A DNA stretch of 64,000 nt. It comes from Leidyana gryllorum EB-2025a (taxonomy: Eukaryota; Protista; Apicomplexa). Below are positions 35,801 through 49,800 of this stretch, piece by piece. The translations under genes were made by a program, and so were the position numbers. The notes below the pieces were generated by a model. That model was not told where the DNA came from. It saw only the letters and a program-made list of their open reading frames with translations, and made no database searches. Positions within the stretch are counted from its first letter, which is position 1, and every line of letters starts with the position of its first letter. Location: assembly GCA_048772705.1 (NCBI GenBank), contig JBLWGC010000208.1, positions 62,001 through 126,000 of the forward strand, read 5' to 3'.

Positions 35801-37946
35801 GCAGCCCAGCTTCCGCTCGTGACTCCGATCTCGACAGCTCCGAGTCTGTTCTCGTCGTCAAATCCAAGAAACGCATGAAGGGATCTCCGAGTTGGGTGAA
35901 GCCGTCCACCACAAAGGGCAAACCATCGATGAAGGGTGGGAAACTGAAAGCCAAGAAGAAAGGCTTCTCAGATGACCCGGACTCGGAGATCTCCTCTCCA
36001 AGTGGCAAGAGACCGAGGAACAAGAAGGGCCGAGGAATGAAAGGAAAGCCCCTCAAGCGCAGGGGTGGCCCGCCTTCCTCCTCCTCGTCCAGTTCCGAAG
36101 ACGAGAACCAGTCCGAGTCTGACTTGCTGGAGGATTTCAGTGAACAAAAGGTCAATCTTGCATCTTCACCCATTCATAGCATCCGATGGGAGCGGATTAT
36201 TCTTGATGAAGCTCACCGAATCAAGAGTCGAAACACCTCAACCGCTAGAGGGGTCTTCGCTCTGCCTTCGTATGGTTCACGATGGTGCCTGACGGGTACC
36301 CCCTTACAGAATCGAGTGTCCGAGTTGTTCTCCCTTCTAAGATTCTTGCGAATGGATCCCTACGCCTACTATTTCTGCAGTGTGCGCCACTGCGAATGTA
36401 AGATGCTACATTACGATTTCAAGGACAACAAGTATTGCAACGAATGTGGACACACCAAAATGCAACATTTTAACTACTTCAACAAAAGGATTGCGAAACC
36501 CATCGTTTCTTACGGCTACACTGGGGAGGGTCGCCAAGCCTTACTAACACTACGACATGAAGTTTTGGAAAAGGTGGTATTGCGACGCACCAAAGTAGAG
36601 CGGGCTGAAGACGTCAAGCTACCACCGCTCAATGTGCTAATTCGGCGGGAAGTTTTGAGTAGCGAAGAAATGGACTTCTACGAAGCTCTATATAAACAAA
36701 GCAAGACTCAATTCGACACTTACGTCACGAAAGGCGTTCTGTTGCACAACTTCGCACACATCTTCGATCTGCTCAGTCGTTTACGTCAAGCCGTAGATCA
36801 TCCATATCTGATAATCCACGGAAGTCTTGCCAGCCGGAATGGTGGTACTGAGGCGTTGATACCTACAGCAAGTCGCACCAGTCTCGAAACGTGCGGTGTG
36901 TGCTGGGAAGACATTCAAAAGGAGGAGCAGGTAGATTCTAGCTGCGGGCATGCTTTCCATCGACTGTGTATCCAAGAGTTCATGGAGACTGTGCCGGACA
37001 ACAGTGTGGTGGGATGTCCTGTGTGCTTCAGCACAATGACCGTCGATCTCAGACCGCGCATGGAGCGGAGTCCTACCACCACTGAGTTTGATTCTAGTTC
37101 CATTGCTGCCAACGATCGCCCAATGACCGATGTTTCGAGCCCGGACACGGCAGCACAAAAGGCACGCACATTTCCGCCCAGTCCAGATGTTGAGATGGGG
37201 CAGCAAGCAGCTGATGTAGGGGAACTTCAATCTCCATCAGCAACAAATGGGGATGAGAGTGAACCAATGCCTGTGTCAAATCCAGTGACTGCGGAGGAGC
37301 TGCACCGCAGCACAGCGAATGGACGGATGGGGTCGCGGGGGAAGGGAATTATGTCGAAGATTAAAGTGAGCGAATTCCAGAGTTCCACTAAGATGGAGGT
37401 CTTGGTGCAAGAGTTGGAAGACGCCTTTGAGGCTGACCCGTCTGCCAAAGCTATAGTATTCTCACAGTTCACAACGATGCTGGAGCTCATTGAATTTCGC
37501 TTGCGGAAGCAAGGGATAAGTTGTGTGAAACTAACGGGCAGTTTACCAATGGAAGCCAGACACAATATATTGACTGCCTTCAACACCGATCGAAATCTGA
37601 GGGTGATATTGATTTCGCTGAAAGCAGGTGGTGAAGGGTTGAACCTTCAGATTGCCAATTACATTTACATTATGGATCCGTGGTGGAATCCAGCAGCTGA
37701 GATGCAGGCGATTCAACGAGCGCATAGGATAGGACAGACCAAACCAGTCCGTGCAGTGCGCTTCATTGCCGAGAACACAATCGAGGAGAGGATCTTGCAG
37801 TTGCAGGAGAAAAAGCAGCTGGTGTTCGACGGGGTAAGTGAGGCATCAGGTTTAAGTCTGATTGTGTTTTGGTGCAGACCGTGGGAGACTCAGCATCCGC
37901 GTTCCAGAAGCTGACTGCAGCAGACTTGAAGTTTCTATTCCATTGA
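32870..37946 (+). CDS. RAD16: RAD16/RAD5-like SNF2 ATPase with RING finger and N-terminal PARP-type zinc finger
   Basis: LADEMGMGKT, ILDEAH, LTGTPLQN, RING CGVC..CGHAFH..C..CPVC, AIVFSQF, QRAHRIGQ; intron 33137-33189 completes ARCRVC..EPRI..WLHTRC; last intron 37834-37877. Confidence 0.9.
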
Positions 37947-38138
37947 TTTTCATTGTAGTATCTCCAGGTGTAGCTAGTTTCGACCACCCCACGTGTCAAA
38001 TGCACATGTAATTGGCTGGCCATGCAAACTCGTTACTTTGTGTTCGCACCAGCGATCCCTGCAGTTCGACACCTTGTGAGTACTGGACGTGTTGCCATTA
38101 TGTGCTGCTTGACTGACAACAGAGAGAAAAGTACCAAG

Positions 38139-39007
38139 ATGACATATTACCTTTGCGTACAGCACGCGAGTCGATAGAGTCTGTGTATCATTCCTTTCAA
38201 GCATTTGATCATTTGCGAGATGCTCTCGCAGAACGAGGGCCCATCACATCATCAAGTAGTGGATCTCTCTCGCCTCATGCATCTGACGGAGACCGCCGCA
38301 CGAACGAACTCGTCGCGCACACTCGAGGGAACGGTATTGACCGTGCGAGTCTCAGCTGTTGGCGAGCTTCTCGAGTAAGCGAGGACGATGAGCCGCCAAG
38401 TCGGCACGATCTGGTTCGTGTGCGCTACTCTGCTGACATTGACAAGTCCAAGATGGCCAAGCTACAACTGACTCCGGTTCAAGACGAAAAAGGGGAGCCG
38501 ATCATGGGGCGGTTAAAGGAGAAGGCCAAGTTCGGGGGTGCGGCTGACAATCTCGTACAGATCGCGTACGAAGCGTACACCTTCCAGGATCCGCTCCCTC
38601 TGCCGGCCGGAGGATTTATTGAGCTGAGATTCGGTTTCAAAGGCGCATGGCCACCGGGTGCACGTTTCTCTGTGCTGAAGACGGAAGAAGCCGAGGTGAG
38701 ACTTTGTTACTGAAATGGAGAGAAATTGCTCAGATCTGGTTACAAGCGGATCGTGAAGTCGTTCTGCAGGTGCAAAAGGAGCACCGAACGCTGTTACATC
38801 TGCCAACTGACGAAAATCATGTGTGCCTCAAGGTGGAGAAAGAGCAAATCTGTCAGTTCGACACGGCACCCGCTCTCATAGAAAGTCTGGGTAAGTGTTG
38901 ATGAGAGGGCGGGTCCCAAGGCTTTTCCCATTTCAGGTGTGAGACTAAGATCCAGTGGAACCAAAGAATCGTGTATTAGACTAGAAGGGTTTGCTGTCTG
39001 TCAGTAG
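38139..39007 (+). CDS. Hypothetical protein, multi-exon (beta-rich C-terminal part)
   Basis: ORFs 38153-38713 and 38647-38901 joined by GT-AG introns; last exon ends TAG 39005-39007; start uncertain. Confidence 0.55.
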
Positions 39008-39047
39008 TTTTGGTGGGTAGATTTTGTTTTGTTTTCGGAGGGCGACG

Positions 39048-42000
39048 ATGGAGGAGAAGTCAGGGATCACGGTGTGGGGCGAGGATCTCCGATATGAAAT
39101 TGGAGGCAAAGTCATCTTGGACAATGTGTCCTTCGTAGCCCTTCCGGGCCAATTCACAGCGGTAATGGGCCCCAGCGGATCGGGAAAGACCACATTGCTC
39201 AACTCGATCCTTAACCGTCTCAAGGGATGCAAAAGTCACGTACACTTCAATAGTGTTCCTGTGAACAAGTCAGACACTTTGCGGCGCGCTCACTACGTCA
39301 TGGCACATGACATCGCACTATCATATCTCACCGTCCGAGAAACACTAATGTTCACCGCGCGACTGCGCATGCCCTCGGAGTCAGCCAGTGTACAAAAAGC
39401 GCGCGTGGAGGAGGTGATGGAATGGTTGGCTCTCGAGGAATGTGCCGACACATATGTGGGTGGGGAATGGCGCAAGGGGATCAGTAAGGGCCAAATGAAA
39501 CGTCTGGCCATCGCAAGCGAGCTCCTGGGAGACCCCGAGATTTTGATCCTCGATGAGCCCACCAGTGGTCTGGATTCCCATCTGGCCTTGGATCTGTGCA
39601 TCAAACTCCGAAGGATTGCGCACGAGACCGGAACCACCGTAATCGCATCGATCCACCAACCATCGCAAAGAGCGTTCGATTGTTTCGATCGCGTTGTTCT
39701 TATCAGTAACGGCGGTATTGTATATAGCGGTCCAACTACCGAGGCAACGGAGTACTTTGAGTCTCTGTATCGGTCGCTGCCTGATGGGTATTCGGTACCT
39801 GACTACCTGCTGGAGCTGGCGACAATCCAGGAATTCACTGGAGCGCACCCGGTCAAAGGCAAAGAAGGCAACTCCACGACGGAAGCAACATCGTTGAGAG
39901 CAATCGCCAACAATGAGGAATCGTCTTCTAATTCTGTCGCACAACCCTACTATTCTACAGCTGCCCGTATCGAGTTGATGTTCCAAGCCTTCCGACAGTC
40001 AGAACATTACAATACTCTCCGAGACCACATCGCTGTAGCCAAGGGTCGCGAGCTGCCATCCCCCGAAGATGCTGGGGGCAAGGAGCAAGGCAAGTGGTGC
40101 GAGGAATTCCGCATTGTGTGGCAGGTGAGTGGGGGAGATGGATTTGGATTGTTAAATATTTCGATTTGCAGCGTTCCACCCTCAACAGTGTCAGGAATCC
40201 ACTTACCACTATAATTATATTACTGGTTAACATACTTCAAGCCTTCATTCTAGGTGCACTTTTCTTCCAATTACAGCGCGATGTTACCGAGACGGATGTG
40301 GAGCACACGCCGATATCTCAGTGGCCACTGTGGAACAATCCAATCATCGATTTTCTCGCCTACGGGGTCGATCAGGATGGTTTGGATCCCTTCCTCGATA
40401 TCCTCGAAAATGGTGTCGATGGTGAAGATCGCTCCGTACTTTTCGACTTTATGACCAATCAGGATGTGGTCGATTGGTTGCCTCAGGTTACAGAGTGCAT
40501 CCGCGACCGATTCGAGAATCTCTTCTTAGTACCTGAAGGTTTCATATATCCCACCTGGAAGTGGGAGGTGGGGAGTATAAATGGTTCTTTGCCAACCAGA
40601 AGCTTCGCCAGCTTTGCCTTCCCAAATGGCGATGGTGACCAGTTGGACTCGGACTGGCGACGCATGTTGCAATCAAACAGTGATGATGATACCACTGTGG
40701 AGATTGTGACACCGGATGAAGTCTCAACTGAGGAGAACGAAGATCCCTCAACATCGACCACTTCCACCACTACAACCACCACCACAACCACCACCACGAC
40801 CACCGCTACAACAGAGTTGCCTGCCACAGGCGAATTACCCTCGGAAGTCACGGAGACGGATCGAATCGAGCAGGACTTTCTGGTCTCGATGCCGATGGAG
40901 TCCCTCGTCTCGATGCTCGTCCAAGTTATGCAATTGTTCGATTATATGATCACTGGAAAATTCGAGCCTCCTGTATTCGAACACTACTATCAACTCGGGG
41001 GCAGTGCCCTCATGTACTGGTGGCTGAATGGTGTATCAAAAGTTGCTCCTTGGGTGACACAAGTGACCTGTTGTGCCTCTCTTGGATACGAATTCAGTAC
41101 CACCACCAGTAACAAGTGCGATCCCAGTTACCCCTGGCCGGAACCTCCGCGCAGAAAGCTCGGAGAATGGCCGATCTTCGTCAAAGAAGTGTCAGACCTT
41201 TCAGTAAAGGTGCAGGAGGCCCTGGGAGTCACCATGGACCGTATGATAGAGCGTAAACTCGCTACTGAGGGGTCCAGCGGCAGTTGCCCCAAAGTGCCTT
41301 CCAGCGGCAGCGGCAGCGGCAACGGCAACGTTATGAAGACGATGAGATCGCTCGAAGCCCACATGGAGGTCAAGTCTACTCTGAAGGCGCAAACTCCCGC
41401 TGGGCGTGCGTCCCCTTCATCTGGAAGCTCGCTGGGAGGTTTGGTCACTGATCTGTGGAAGTTGATCTTCAACAATCCCGACACACCTCTATACAAGCTG
41501 CTTGATAACCTCGGCAACTGGATGGAGCGCCTCCGTACGGATTGTACCAATCACTACTGTGAGTGGGTTACCGAAACTTGGGACTCACTGGGCGAACAAA
41601 CATCTAACATCGCTGCCACGATTTTGACCGTACTCAACTTTGCTGGAGCCCTCTTCTTCGGGTGTGGCAATTTGGGCTTTGCCAGCTACGATGTGCTCTT
41701 ACAATTCCCCAAAGAGAGGGCTCTTTTCAATCGCGAGTCCGCCAACAAGCTCTACCGACCCCTGTCCTACTTCTTGGCCAAACTTGTCGCAGACTTGCCC
41801 TTCCAGCTGGTACCCGCCATCGTCTGGACCCTAATCTACTACTTTATGATTGGAGTGCACGATGGGGAGACATGGAAGGTCTTTGCCTACCTTGGCACCT
41901 CCGTATGTGTCAGCTTCGCCGCCTATTCATTAGGCTACATGGTCAGTGCGATGAGTCCTCGTATGGAGGTCGCGCTGGTAGCCACCCCTCTGATTCTGGT

Positions 42001-42298
42001 GGTTATGTTGGTGCAAGCCGGTTTCGTCCTCAGAGACGGTGACTACCCGTCATGGATAGGATGGTTCCGCTTCTTCAGTGTGTACCGGTATGGATTCTTC
42101 GGAATGTGCGTTACCACCTTCCCCATCGGTGGGTCCTACGGAAGTCTGGACAATGACATGATTTTGCCCCTTTTGGGAATCATGGAAACACGATTGTGGG
42201 CCAACATCTTGTGCCTCCTGGGTTTGTCTGCCGGCTACAGGATCTGTGCCTTCATCGCCCTCAAATATATGCACAGACGCACCGGTATTGAAGCTTAA
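39048..42298 (+). CDS. ABCG-family half transporter (NBD-TMD) with very large first extracellular loop
   Basis: GPSGSGKT, ISKGQMKR signature, ILILDEPTSGLD, SIHQP; intron 40125-40171; ERALFNRE and 6 TM helices. Confidence 0.93.
40748..40812 (+). repeat. (ACC/ACA)n codon repeat encoding Ser/Thr mucin-like tract in ABCG loop
   Basis: accaccacaaccaccaccacg run in frame. Confidence 0.8.
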
Positions 42299-45200
42299 GG
42301 TTCTGGCTGAGGCGCAGATTCAGAGTTTCCGTCTGTCGCCAAAGTCTTTCCGGCACTGTGTCTGACTTTTGCTCTAGCTTTAGCCACAGCTCGGGCCTCG
42401 CGATTAGCCGCTTGCCGTTTGGCAGCAGCGCGTTTCTTTGCGGCTGCGGTCGGCACTCGCGCTGGCTGGTCTTTGGATGTTAACAATTTAACCGTGCGCT
42501 TCAACCGCTCAGACCGGAACTCCGCCACTGCATCCTCCCCCGGCAGAGTTAAGAATGTGTCCATCAAGGTTTGCCTTCTGGGTGCGACACTTTGCGTCCG
42601 AGCAATAACAGGTAGTACCAATTCCATGATCTGATGATTGCGACACTTGCTGGTGACGGGTGGGTGTATATATGTGATTACCTGATCATCTCTAAGCCCA
42701 GCCCGACGATGGAGTAGATCGACGATTGCGTTGACATCAGGAGGGGCCCACTCGAACCTCTCCCGCGACTTGCTCACCTTGGGACTGACAAACGCCTGGT
42801 ATGCAGCCTTGGGCGGGAAATCACTTGGGAAAGACCACTGTGCTCGGTAATTATAGTGCTTAATCTTGTAGTCTTTGACTATGGGTGAATCAGTGTCGAG
42901 GATTCCGGGATCGCTGAGTGAGAATGTGTGTGAGTCTGTTGGGGCGATGGGAGCGGCTTACTTGACATGTGAGAGATCGCGCGCCCATTTGGCAAATGTG
43001 GTCATTGCCTCGAAGGTAGGGAAGGCGGCAATGGCCTCCAAGGCATTAACGATACCGATACCGCGTACTCCCAGTGTATAGTCGCAACCAAGTAGAAGTG
43101 CTAAGAGCCGGAGCTCATCGAGTCGCAACCCCAGGACTCGATCTACGTCGCGCAGTGTAAACATCTCTATACTTCGATTGTCCACGAAGAAGTTTCGAAA
43201 TACATCTTGGGTGCCAAACACCATAGTGTCCGAGTCATCGGAGAGTACACCTTCGCATAGTCCCAAGTGCACCAACCAGGAGGCTTGTGCTTCAGCCTCG
43301 CCTGGGGCTTCCACATAGGGAATGCCGAAAGCTCGGAGAAGTTGTCGAATCTCTTGTTCCATTTCTTGGGAGACTTGATCTGCACGTTGTTTCCCTCGTC
43401 GCAGTGATCGCAGCAGATGAACTGCTTCCTCTTCCAGTGCTTCTGCCATCTCATCAAGGTTTATGTCCCCGTTCGCGGCGGTGTTGACCGGTCTCGAGCC
43501 CGAGACCATGAGTCTCTCAAAGGCGTCACTAGGCATGAACAGCCAATCGCCTGCGTTCCTGGTGGGTTTTTCCTGCTCCTTTTGTGCAGGGATCCGGGAG
43601 GCAAGTTTGGGCGGCACTGCTGGTGTTGCGGTGGCACGCTTGCTTTGCTGCTGCACTTCAGCATCGCTCACTTCCGCAGAGGACGATAGTTCGATGCGTA
43701 TAGCAATATCATGTTCCGACACGCTGCGTGGCGATGTCTTTGTCTCATCGATCTGGGCACTTTCTTGGATCTCATCTTCCTTTTGGGGAGACGAACCCGC
43801 ACCCGTCGTCGTGTCAGCCTTACCAATCTTCATTCTTAGACGCTCTTCTACACTCAAATCCGTTCCACTTTCGGAACCAAGAGCCACCTCCGAGACAAAC
43901 TTATCAGTGCTCCGACCCCTGCGGATCACACCAGACACTGATTCCGGCTTGCTCTCGTGAGAGCCTGTTGGCGACGCTGTCATCCAGGCGGGTGTGTCCA
44001 TCGAGTCATCAATAGTGTCCAAATCGACGTCTTCACCGTAAAGCGGAATAGGAGTCGCGTCGACTTCGATGACTTGACGACGAACCTTCACCGGCTGTGT
44101 GTGATCGCGATGGTGCTGATGTAATCGTATCTCTGAAGCTTGAGATTGACCCGCCGCATCCGATACCCATCTCCTGCCCAGTCTCTGAAACTCATTAGAC
44201 GACGACGAGCTGCTCTCCAGTCGAATTGGGACTATGGGAGAAGTATGATGCTTGTTGTTCCGGTGCAGGGAGGGTCCTTCAAACATCTTTTCTGATGGTG
44301 TGCTTGTATGTAGTGGGGACACCGTGCCTGTCTGGGACTGGACGTTGGGACTTTCAGTGTCTTCCTCGGCTGCGGACTCTGTTGTCATCTCTCTCTCGCT
44401 TTTAGCTTCGACTCGCTCAGCCTCCACCGAGGGAGCCTTGCTGGCCTTGATGGCCGCCTGAAGGGCCGTCTTGATGTCACTTGACATCATGCGTTGCTTC
44501 AAAATGTCAATCGCAGTTTGCTCAGTATGAACCGCCATTTTGGATGGCGAATCCAGCTCGCGGCTTAAACGTGAGTCTCTGTCTTGCGAGGGCGGCGAAG
44601 AGCTCGAAGTCGACGCTGCCTGAGTCTTCCTCGTCAATTTGATCTTTTTCTTGAGGGGTGGGTCGATCGCGACCTCCGGTTCAGCCGGTAAGGCGCTGGT
44701 GTCGGGAGTGGGAGTGGGATCCTCGGCGAATCCGGAGCCCATCATCGATTTGAAAAGCATCTCTTCACTCATTTCACCCATATCATTCGAGAAGTCGGCT
44801 TTCCACAACTCTTCATCACTATCGTCATTCGCCCCCTTATTTGCACCCTCCTTTTCCAGTTTGAACGCATCGCCGAGAGACATGCGCTCCCCGTCCGCCT
44901 TTGTACCCCACTTCTCCATAGTCGGCTTCTCTTTCAACGGGTCGTATTTGTAGGGATCCTCTTCTTCCCATTTGCGGAACAGTGCAACGTGCTTCCGCTT
45001 AAGTTTCCGTCTCCCTTTCAAACCTCTTTCATCGTCGTCAGGCGCAAACGTGTCGACGTCGGCGGTGGCTTTGTTCATCGCTTTCTTGGCACTGTCTTGA
45101 GCTTCCTTCCGTCGAGCTTCTTCTTGTTCCGCCAATTGTTGATTTACCTTCTCCTCCAACGACAACACTCTGTGCGCACCGAGCTGTGGGGACACTTTGT

Positions 45201-46756
45201 CATAGTCTAACTCACTGGCCTTCCCCCGTTTTGGGAGTCTTTGCTCCCTCGGCTACCGCCGTAGGATAGAACTGCAAGAAGCCCCCGTCATCGTCGTCGT
45301 CCGCTCCAAACACCTCATTCTTGTCAGGTACCCCAAAGTGGGCCAGTTTAGTCTCGTCACCCATTCTACGTTTCACTTTCTCGATCTCTTGATTGGAGCT
45401 GACAGAGCCCATTTTTCTCCTCCGACGAGCTTTGACAACCGAAGACTCACCGGATGGTACGAATGTAACTCTCGATCTGCACATTACTGAATAGTTCAGT
45501 GTCGTCTTTGGCAGCGATGGCTTGCAATCGCAGATCTGTCAGCCACTGATCGCGCAATTGGCACAGAATGCGGTACTGAAGTCGAGTGGGCAGCGCATTG
45601 AAAACTTCGGGATCGATGTCCGCATTCAGCGGCAATTGAATAATAGTATCTTGTCCCTCCTCATTCGTGGTTCGATATTCTAAACAGCCGGCGGGCGAAG
45701 AATATATCATTATGGAGCTACTGTACCTTTGTACTCGCCAGTCGGCAGATGTAAAGGACGTTTACTCTTTGTGTCCTGATCGACATCGTGAACCGTAATA
45801 CCGTAAGCTGCCATGCTGAAGGGAAACAACATTGTGTACTCTGTGCAGCGGCCCTTCCACTCAAACTCACGTCTCTTTGAATCCAGGATTCCCCATCCCG
45901 AAATCTGGCGAAGTGGGGATGTGAATGTCATCCAAACGACGTCTCTCCGCGAGAAAGCCTCTGTTCAAACCGCCAACGTCAATCGAGACGAAGACCCCCC
46001 CTCCCTATGCGTACCGGAATGTATCTGGAATGCTCTCGTAATAAGCGTGACGCCGAGCACGTCTCTCGGCGGCGTTGCTCACAGCCTCATCGATCGCCTC
46101 CTGTTCCGGAGTCGGGGCGATTACCGGCTTGCGATCAATCACAACTTCCCCATCGACATCAATCTGTCAGGGACAGGACATTTCTTTCTTAACAGCACAG
46201 TGGCACACATTCTTCTCACCACGCCGAAAGGATCGTTTATGGGGGGCGGGCTCTCATCGCTGATATCGATAGTCTCCTGTATCTCGTCAGGTTTGCCGTA
46301 AAGCACATCTCTCAGAGTCATCGTTGGCTGGCCATTGGCGTCCAATCCCGGCGGAGTCTCTCCAACATCTCCTTCGTCTCCACGTTGTCGACGCTGTTGG
46401 AGTGCTTTACGGCGCACAAAATTGACCAACAACTTCTCGGCGGTACGTCTGAGGCCCAATCCTTCCTCCTCTCTCAAGCGACGACGCTCGGCCAGTGTTC
46501 TCTTCTTTATGTCAGGCGCAGGACCATCAAAGACGATAACCGGTCTCACGCGATTGTAGAGCAACTTGCAGAGCCGTTTGAAGAAGCCGACGAGATGCGC
46601 CCCATTAGCCACGTTCCCTTCGGCATCTCTCATCGCCTTGAGAAACTGTACCATCCATATTGATGCGTCCACTGCGAGGACTCGTCCCTCCAGCGTGTCC
46701 AACCGTACTCTCCGTGCGCTTGGGCTGATGAGGTCCCACAGTCCTTTGACTCCCAT
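42295..46756 (-). CDS. XPG: XPG/Rad2 nucleotide-excision-repair endonuclease, multi-exon
   Basis: MGVKGLW..AVDASIW..VIVFDG (N domain); IDPEVFNALP UBM-like; EAEAQ..SDDSD..GCDYT.GVRGIG (I domain/H3TH); PIP-box-like QTLMDTF near C-terminus. Confidence 0.93.
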
Positions 46757-46844
46757 AGTGCGACGGTGTCTCCCGTGTGATTATTTTCGAGCTTGACGGC
46801 CCATTAGCTAGAAGTCCCCCTTCCCCGTCAATTCCGACGCAACA

Positions 46845-49800
46845 ATGTCCGACCATAAGCTGAAGTCTCGAGATCTCGAAACTACCACAGGACGCGTCGT
46901 ATTCCCACATGGTATGTGTTATTTGTGGCAACAGCCATGTCTCAGCGGTCAACAGGCCAGTACTCGCGCCGAACCCCCGGCTCCCCGTACCCTCCGGACA
47001 CTCCCGCTACAAAGCTACCGAGCAAGAGGTTCTCGGACGATACGCGTAGCGGCATCGAGGGTGGGTCAGGGAGCCGGCAGCCGGACAGTTTCCGGCGGGA
47101 CGATACCATCATAACCGAGAATGCATCTGTACTCCGGCAGCCAAATGCCGCTCCACAATATGACAGCTCTACCAAAGAGGTCACTTCCCCGGAAGAGGAT
47201 CCTCTGTCCGGCACCTCGTCCCCCCGCAGCTTGGTGAGCAGTCGGGACCCGGTAACTCTTTTTAGTACTACACTGACAGAGCGGGAGTGAGATCGTTGAA
47301 ACAGCCAGAGGGACCGCCTTTCGTTCCTCTCCCAACTTTGACACTCCACCCATCCCTCCCCCCCCTCCGGGCTTTGAACACCTCACCGTCGCTGATGTTG
47401 AATGGTTGCCGCAGGGTGTCGATGGAACGCCTGGTCCCCTGATGAAAGTCACCTACAAGCTGCCCACCAGTGGAGGAGCTTCGAGCGCAGTCCCTGACCT
47501 CTCCAGTTCGGCAGGACGCTGTGCGTCCGAAGAATGTGCGGAAGAATCTGAGGGAGGGGATAGTTCGGCCTTCGACAGCTCTGCCTCCTCTGAGTCCCAG
47601 AACTCGCTTTCTGGGGCCAGTGACGAAGACTCTGTCGTCGAACGATGGATCTCGCAGCCGTCAGAGCCCACCGCGACCGTCGTAAAACATCTCTCACCGA
47701 GCGAAGGATGCTGGCCGCCACCGTGCCGTCTAAAGGGAAGAACTAGTTGTCGACGAGGACCTGTTCTAACGTCCGAGTCGGAGTTGCAGGAACAGCTTTC
47801 GCATTATGAGGGAGCCTCATGGCGGGGTCGATACATCCGGATGTTCGCCAAAATGGTGGCAGAATCTCGACTTCCAAACAACCTGATGAGGTTCTTCGAG
47901 GACTGCTGGAAACAGGAGGACAACGAGATGGGAGGATTCGGCCACCGTCCCATCCTGCTGCAAACTACGAGGATGCTGGACCCCGTTTTCGGGTTGGGTC
48001 TCCGACACAACGAAGTTCTCCCCCCATATGTCAATGTATGGTTACGAGAGATCTTTCGTGAGGGTCTGCTCGACATCTTCCGCGCACCTCATTTGAGGAA
48101 AGCCATCAAAGAGACTGTGCAACCTGAGCAGATACAGAGGCTGGATCGACGCTCATCTACCAACATGAATTCAATGAGTTTGACTTGGCAGTCGCGGATA
48201 GGTTTTGCGGTGCCCATCCGCACTCGAATGTTCGCGCGCTTGAACACTGCCAGCTTCGGGATACCGGAAGTACGTAATCCAGTACGAGCTGAGGACATAT
48301 CTGACGCGCTTCGGTCAGCGCACACTCTGGATGTGTCGATGTTGTGTCGCAAACAGGTTCTGATGACGTGGTTTGGCGAGCCAGACACCGTCAAACTGGA
48401 CTGCAGATATCCTCTGCGCTTAACTTACGACAAACAAGCTTTGACTGCAAACTTGAACTATGTGCCTTACAGTATAACTGCACGTTGCGCTTCCCTATGT
48501 CGTCGGTGTCCGACCTGTACGGGATTCGACACCTTCCTGCGGCTCGTGTTGAAGGTGGAGGAGAGCACAAAGCAGAGGGAATTTGTGTTGCGTTGTGAGA
48601 CCCAAACCTCCAAGAGATTCGAGGGTGTTGTCTCCCAGGAAGTCGAGCTGTGTCTGGAAGGGTCGTCCGAGGACGAAGGCGACAAGGAGACGCAGTGCTC
48701 GGAGACGGTGGAATGTAGGCTGCATGACCTCCCCCAAATGTTACGGGAAGTTGGCCGATATGGGCCCAATCATTCTCTTGTCGCACCACTGAGTGTGGGA
48801 TTCTTTCCCCAATTAGCTTCAATGTTTCTGGTAATTCGTGCATCAGAATTTGGAGACGAGTTATCACGAGGCGATCAATGGACAGATTATCTGAAATTTA
48901 ATGCGTCTTTAGCAACCCTTCGCCGACGTTTGCGAGATCCGCGCAATGGGAAACACTCTCCCTTACCTCCCGCTCAGAGCTGGACTGAACTGCCTCGCAT
49001 GAAAGCAGCTTCGATGACTTTGGCTCAAACAATGCCGCTGTGCCGCAGAGTTTTGGCATATCAATGTCATAAGCTCCATGAGGAAAAACTCGCTTCTTTC
49101 CCCGGGCTCAGTCAGAACATCTTCCCTTTGGCGTTGAAAAGTCTCACGACAATGTGTGCATTGACAACTCCTCTGGCTATAGAGAGTTGGCTGCTCGACA
49201 ATGTTTACGCTCCACTCCAACTGCAGCCCTCGATAGGGTATGCGCGACGCTGGCTGAACTTTCATCAAAATGTCTTGAGAGAGCCAGCTGAAGCGTTGGC
49301 CTCCTTGACTGAACTGAGCTACATGTCCATCAATAGTGCGTGGTTGCATTCCAGTCAGGCCTTACCCGCTTCAATGATGCCCATGCAAGATGTGTCTCTC
49401 GATCACGAGTATCCCCACTTTCCGTACATTAAGGACAATGCCAGTTGGTCCAAAGTAGCTGAGTATTTTGCCGAAAAGGTCGGAGCTGACCACTGGTCGG
49501 GAACCACCACCATGTACTATCCGAACATCTTTGTGGATCTGCGCTGCCCCTATCTGGAGGAGACGGGTGCTCGTGGACATGGGACCGCCGCTGATCGGCA
49601 TAGTGAACGCGTCAATATCCCTCATGCGATCGTCATCAGCACAGGTGTGAGATTAGCCTACATTCCTATTCTGGAGTATCTGAGTGACGATACACAGTCA
49701 CTGAGTCTGGCCAGAAACACCAACGCTCATTATGAGGACGTCTACCTCGGCCGGTATAAACAGGATCGTTTGTTGAGATTCGGGGGATTCGAGCGATGCC

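Noticed and set aside
48490-48520. Radical-SAM CxxxCxxC motif in CASLCRRC
   Set aside because: The spacing matches, but the aromatic residue before the last Cys and the downstream GGEP motif are absent.
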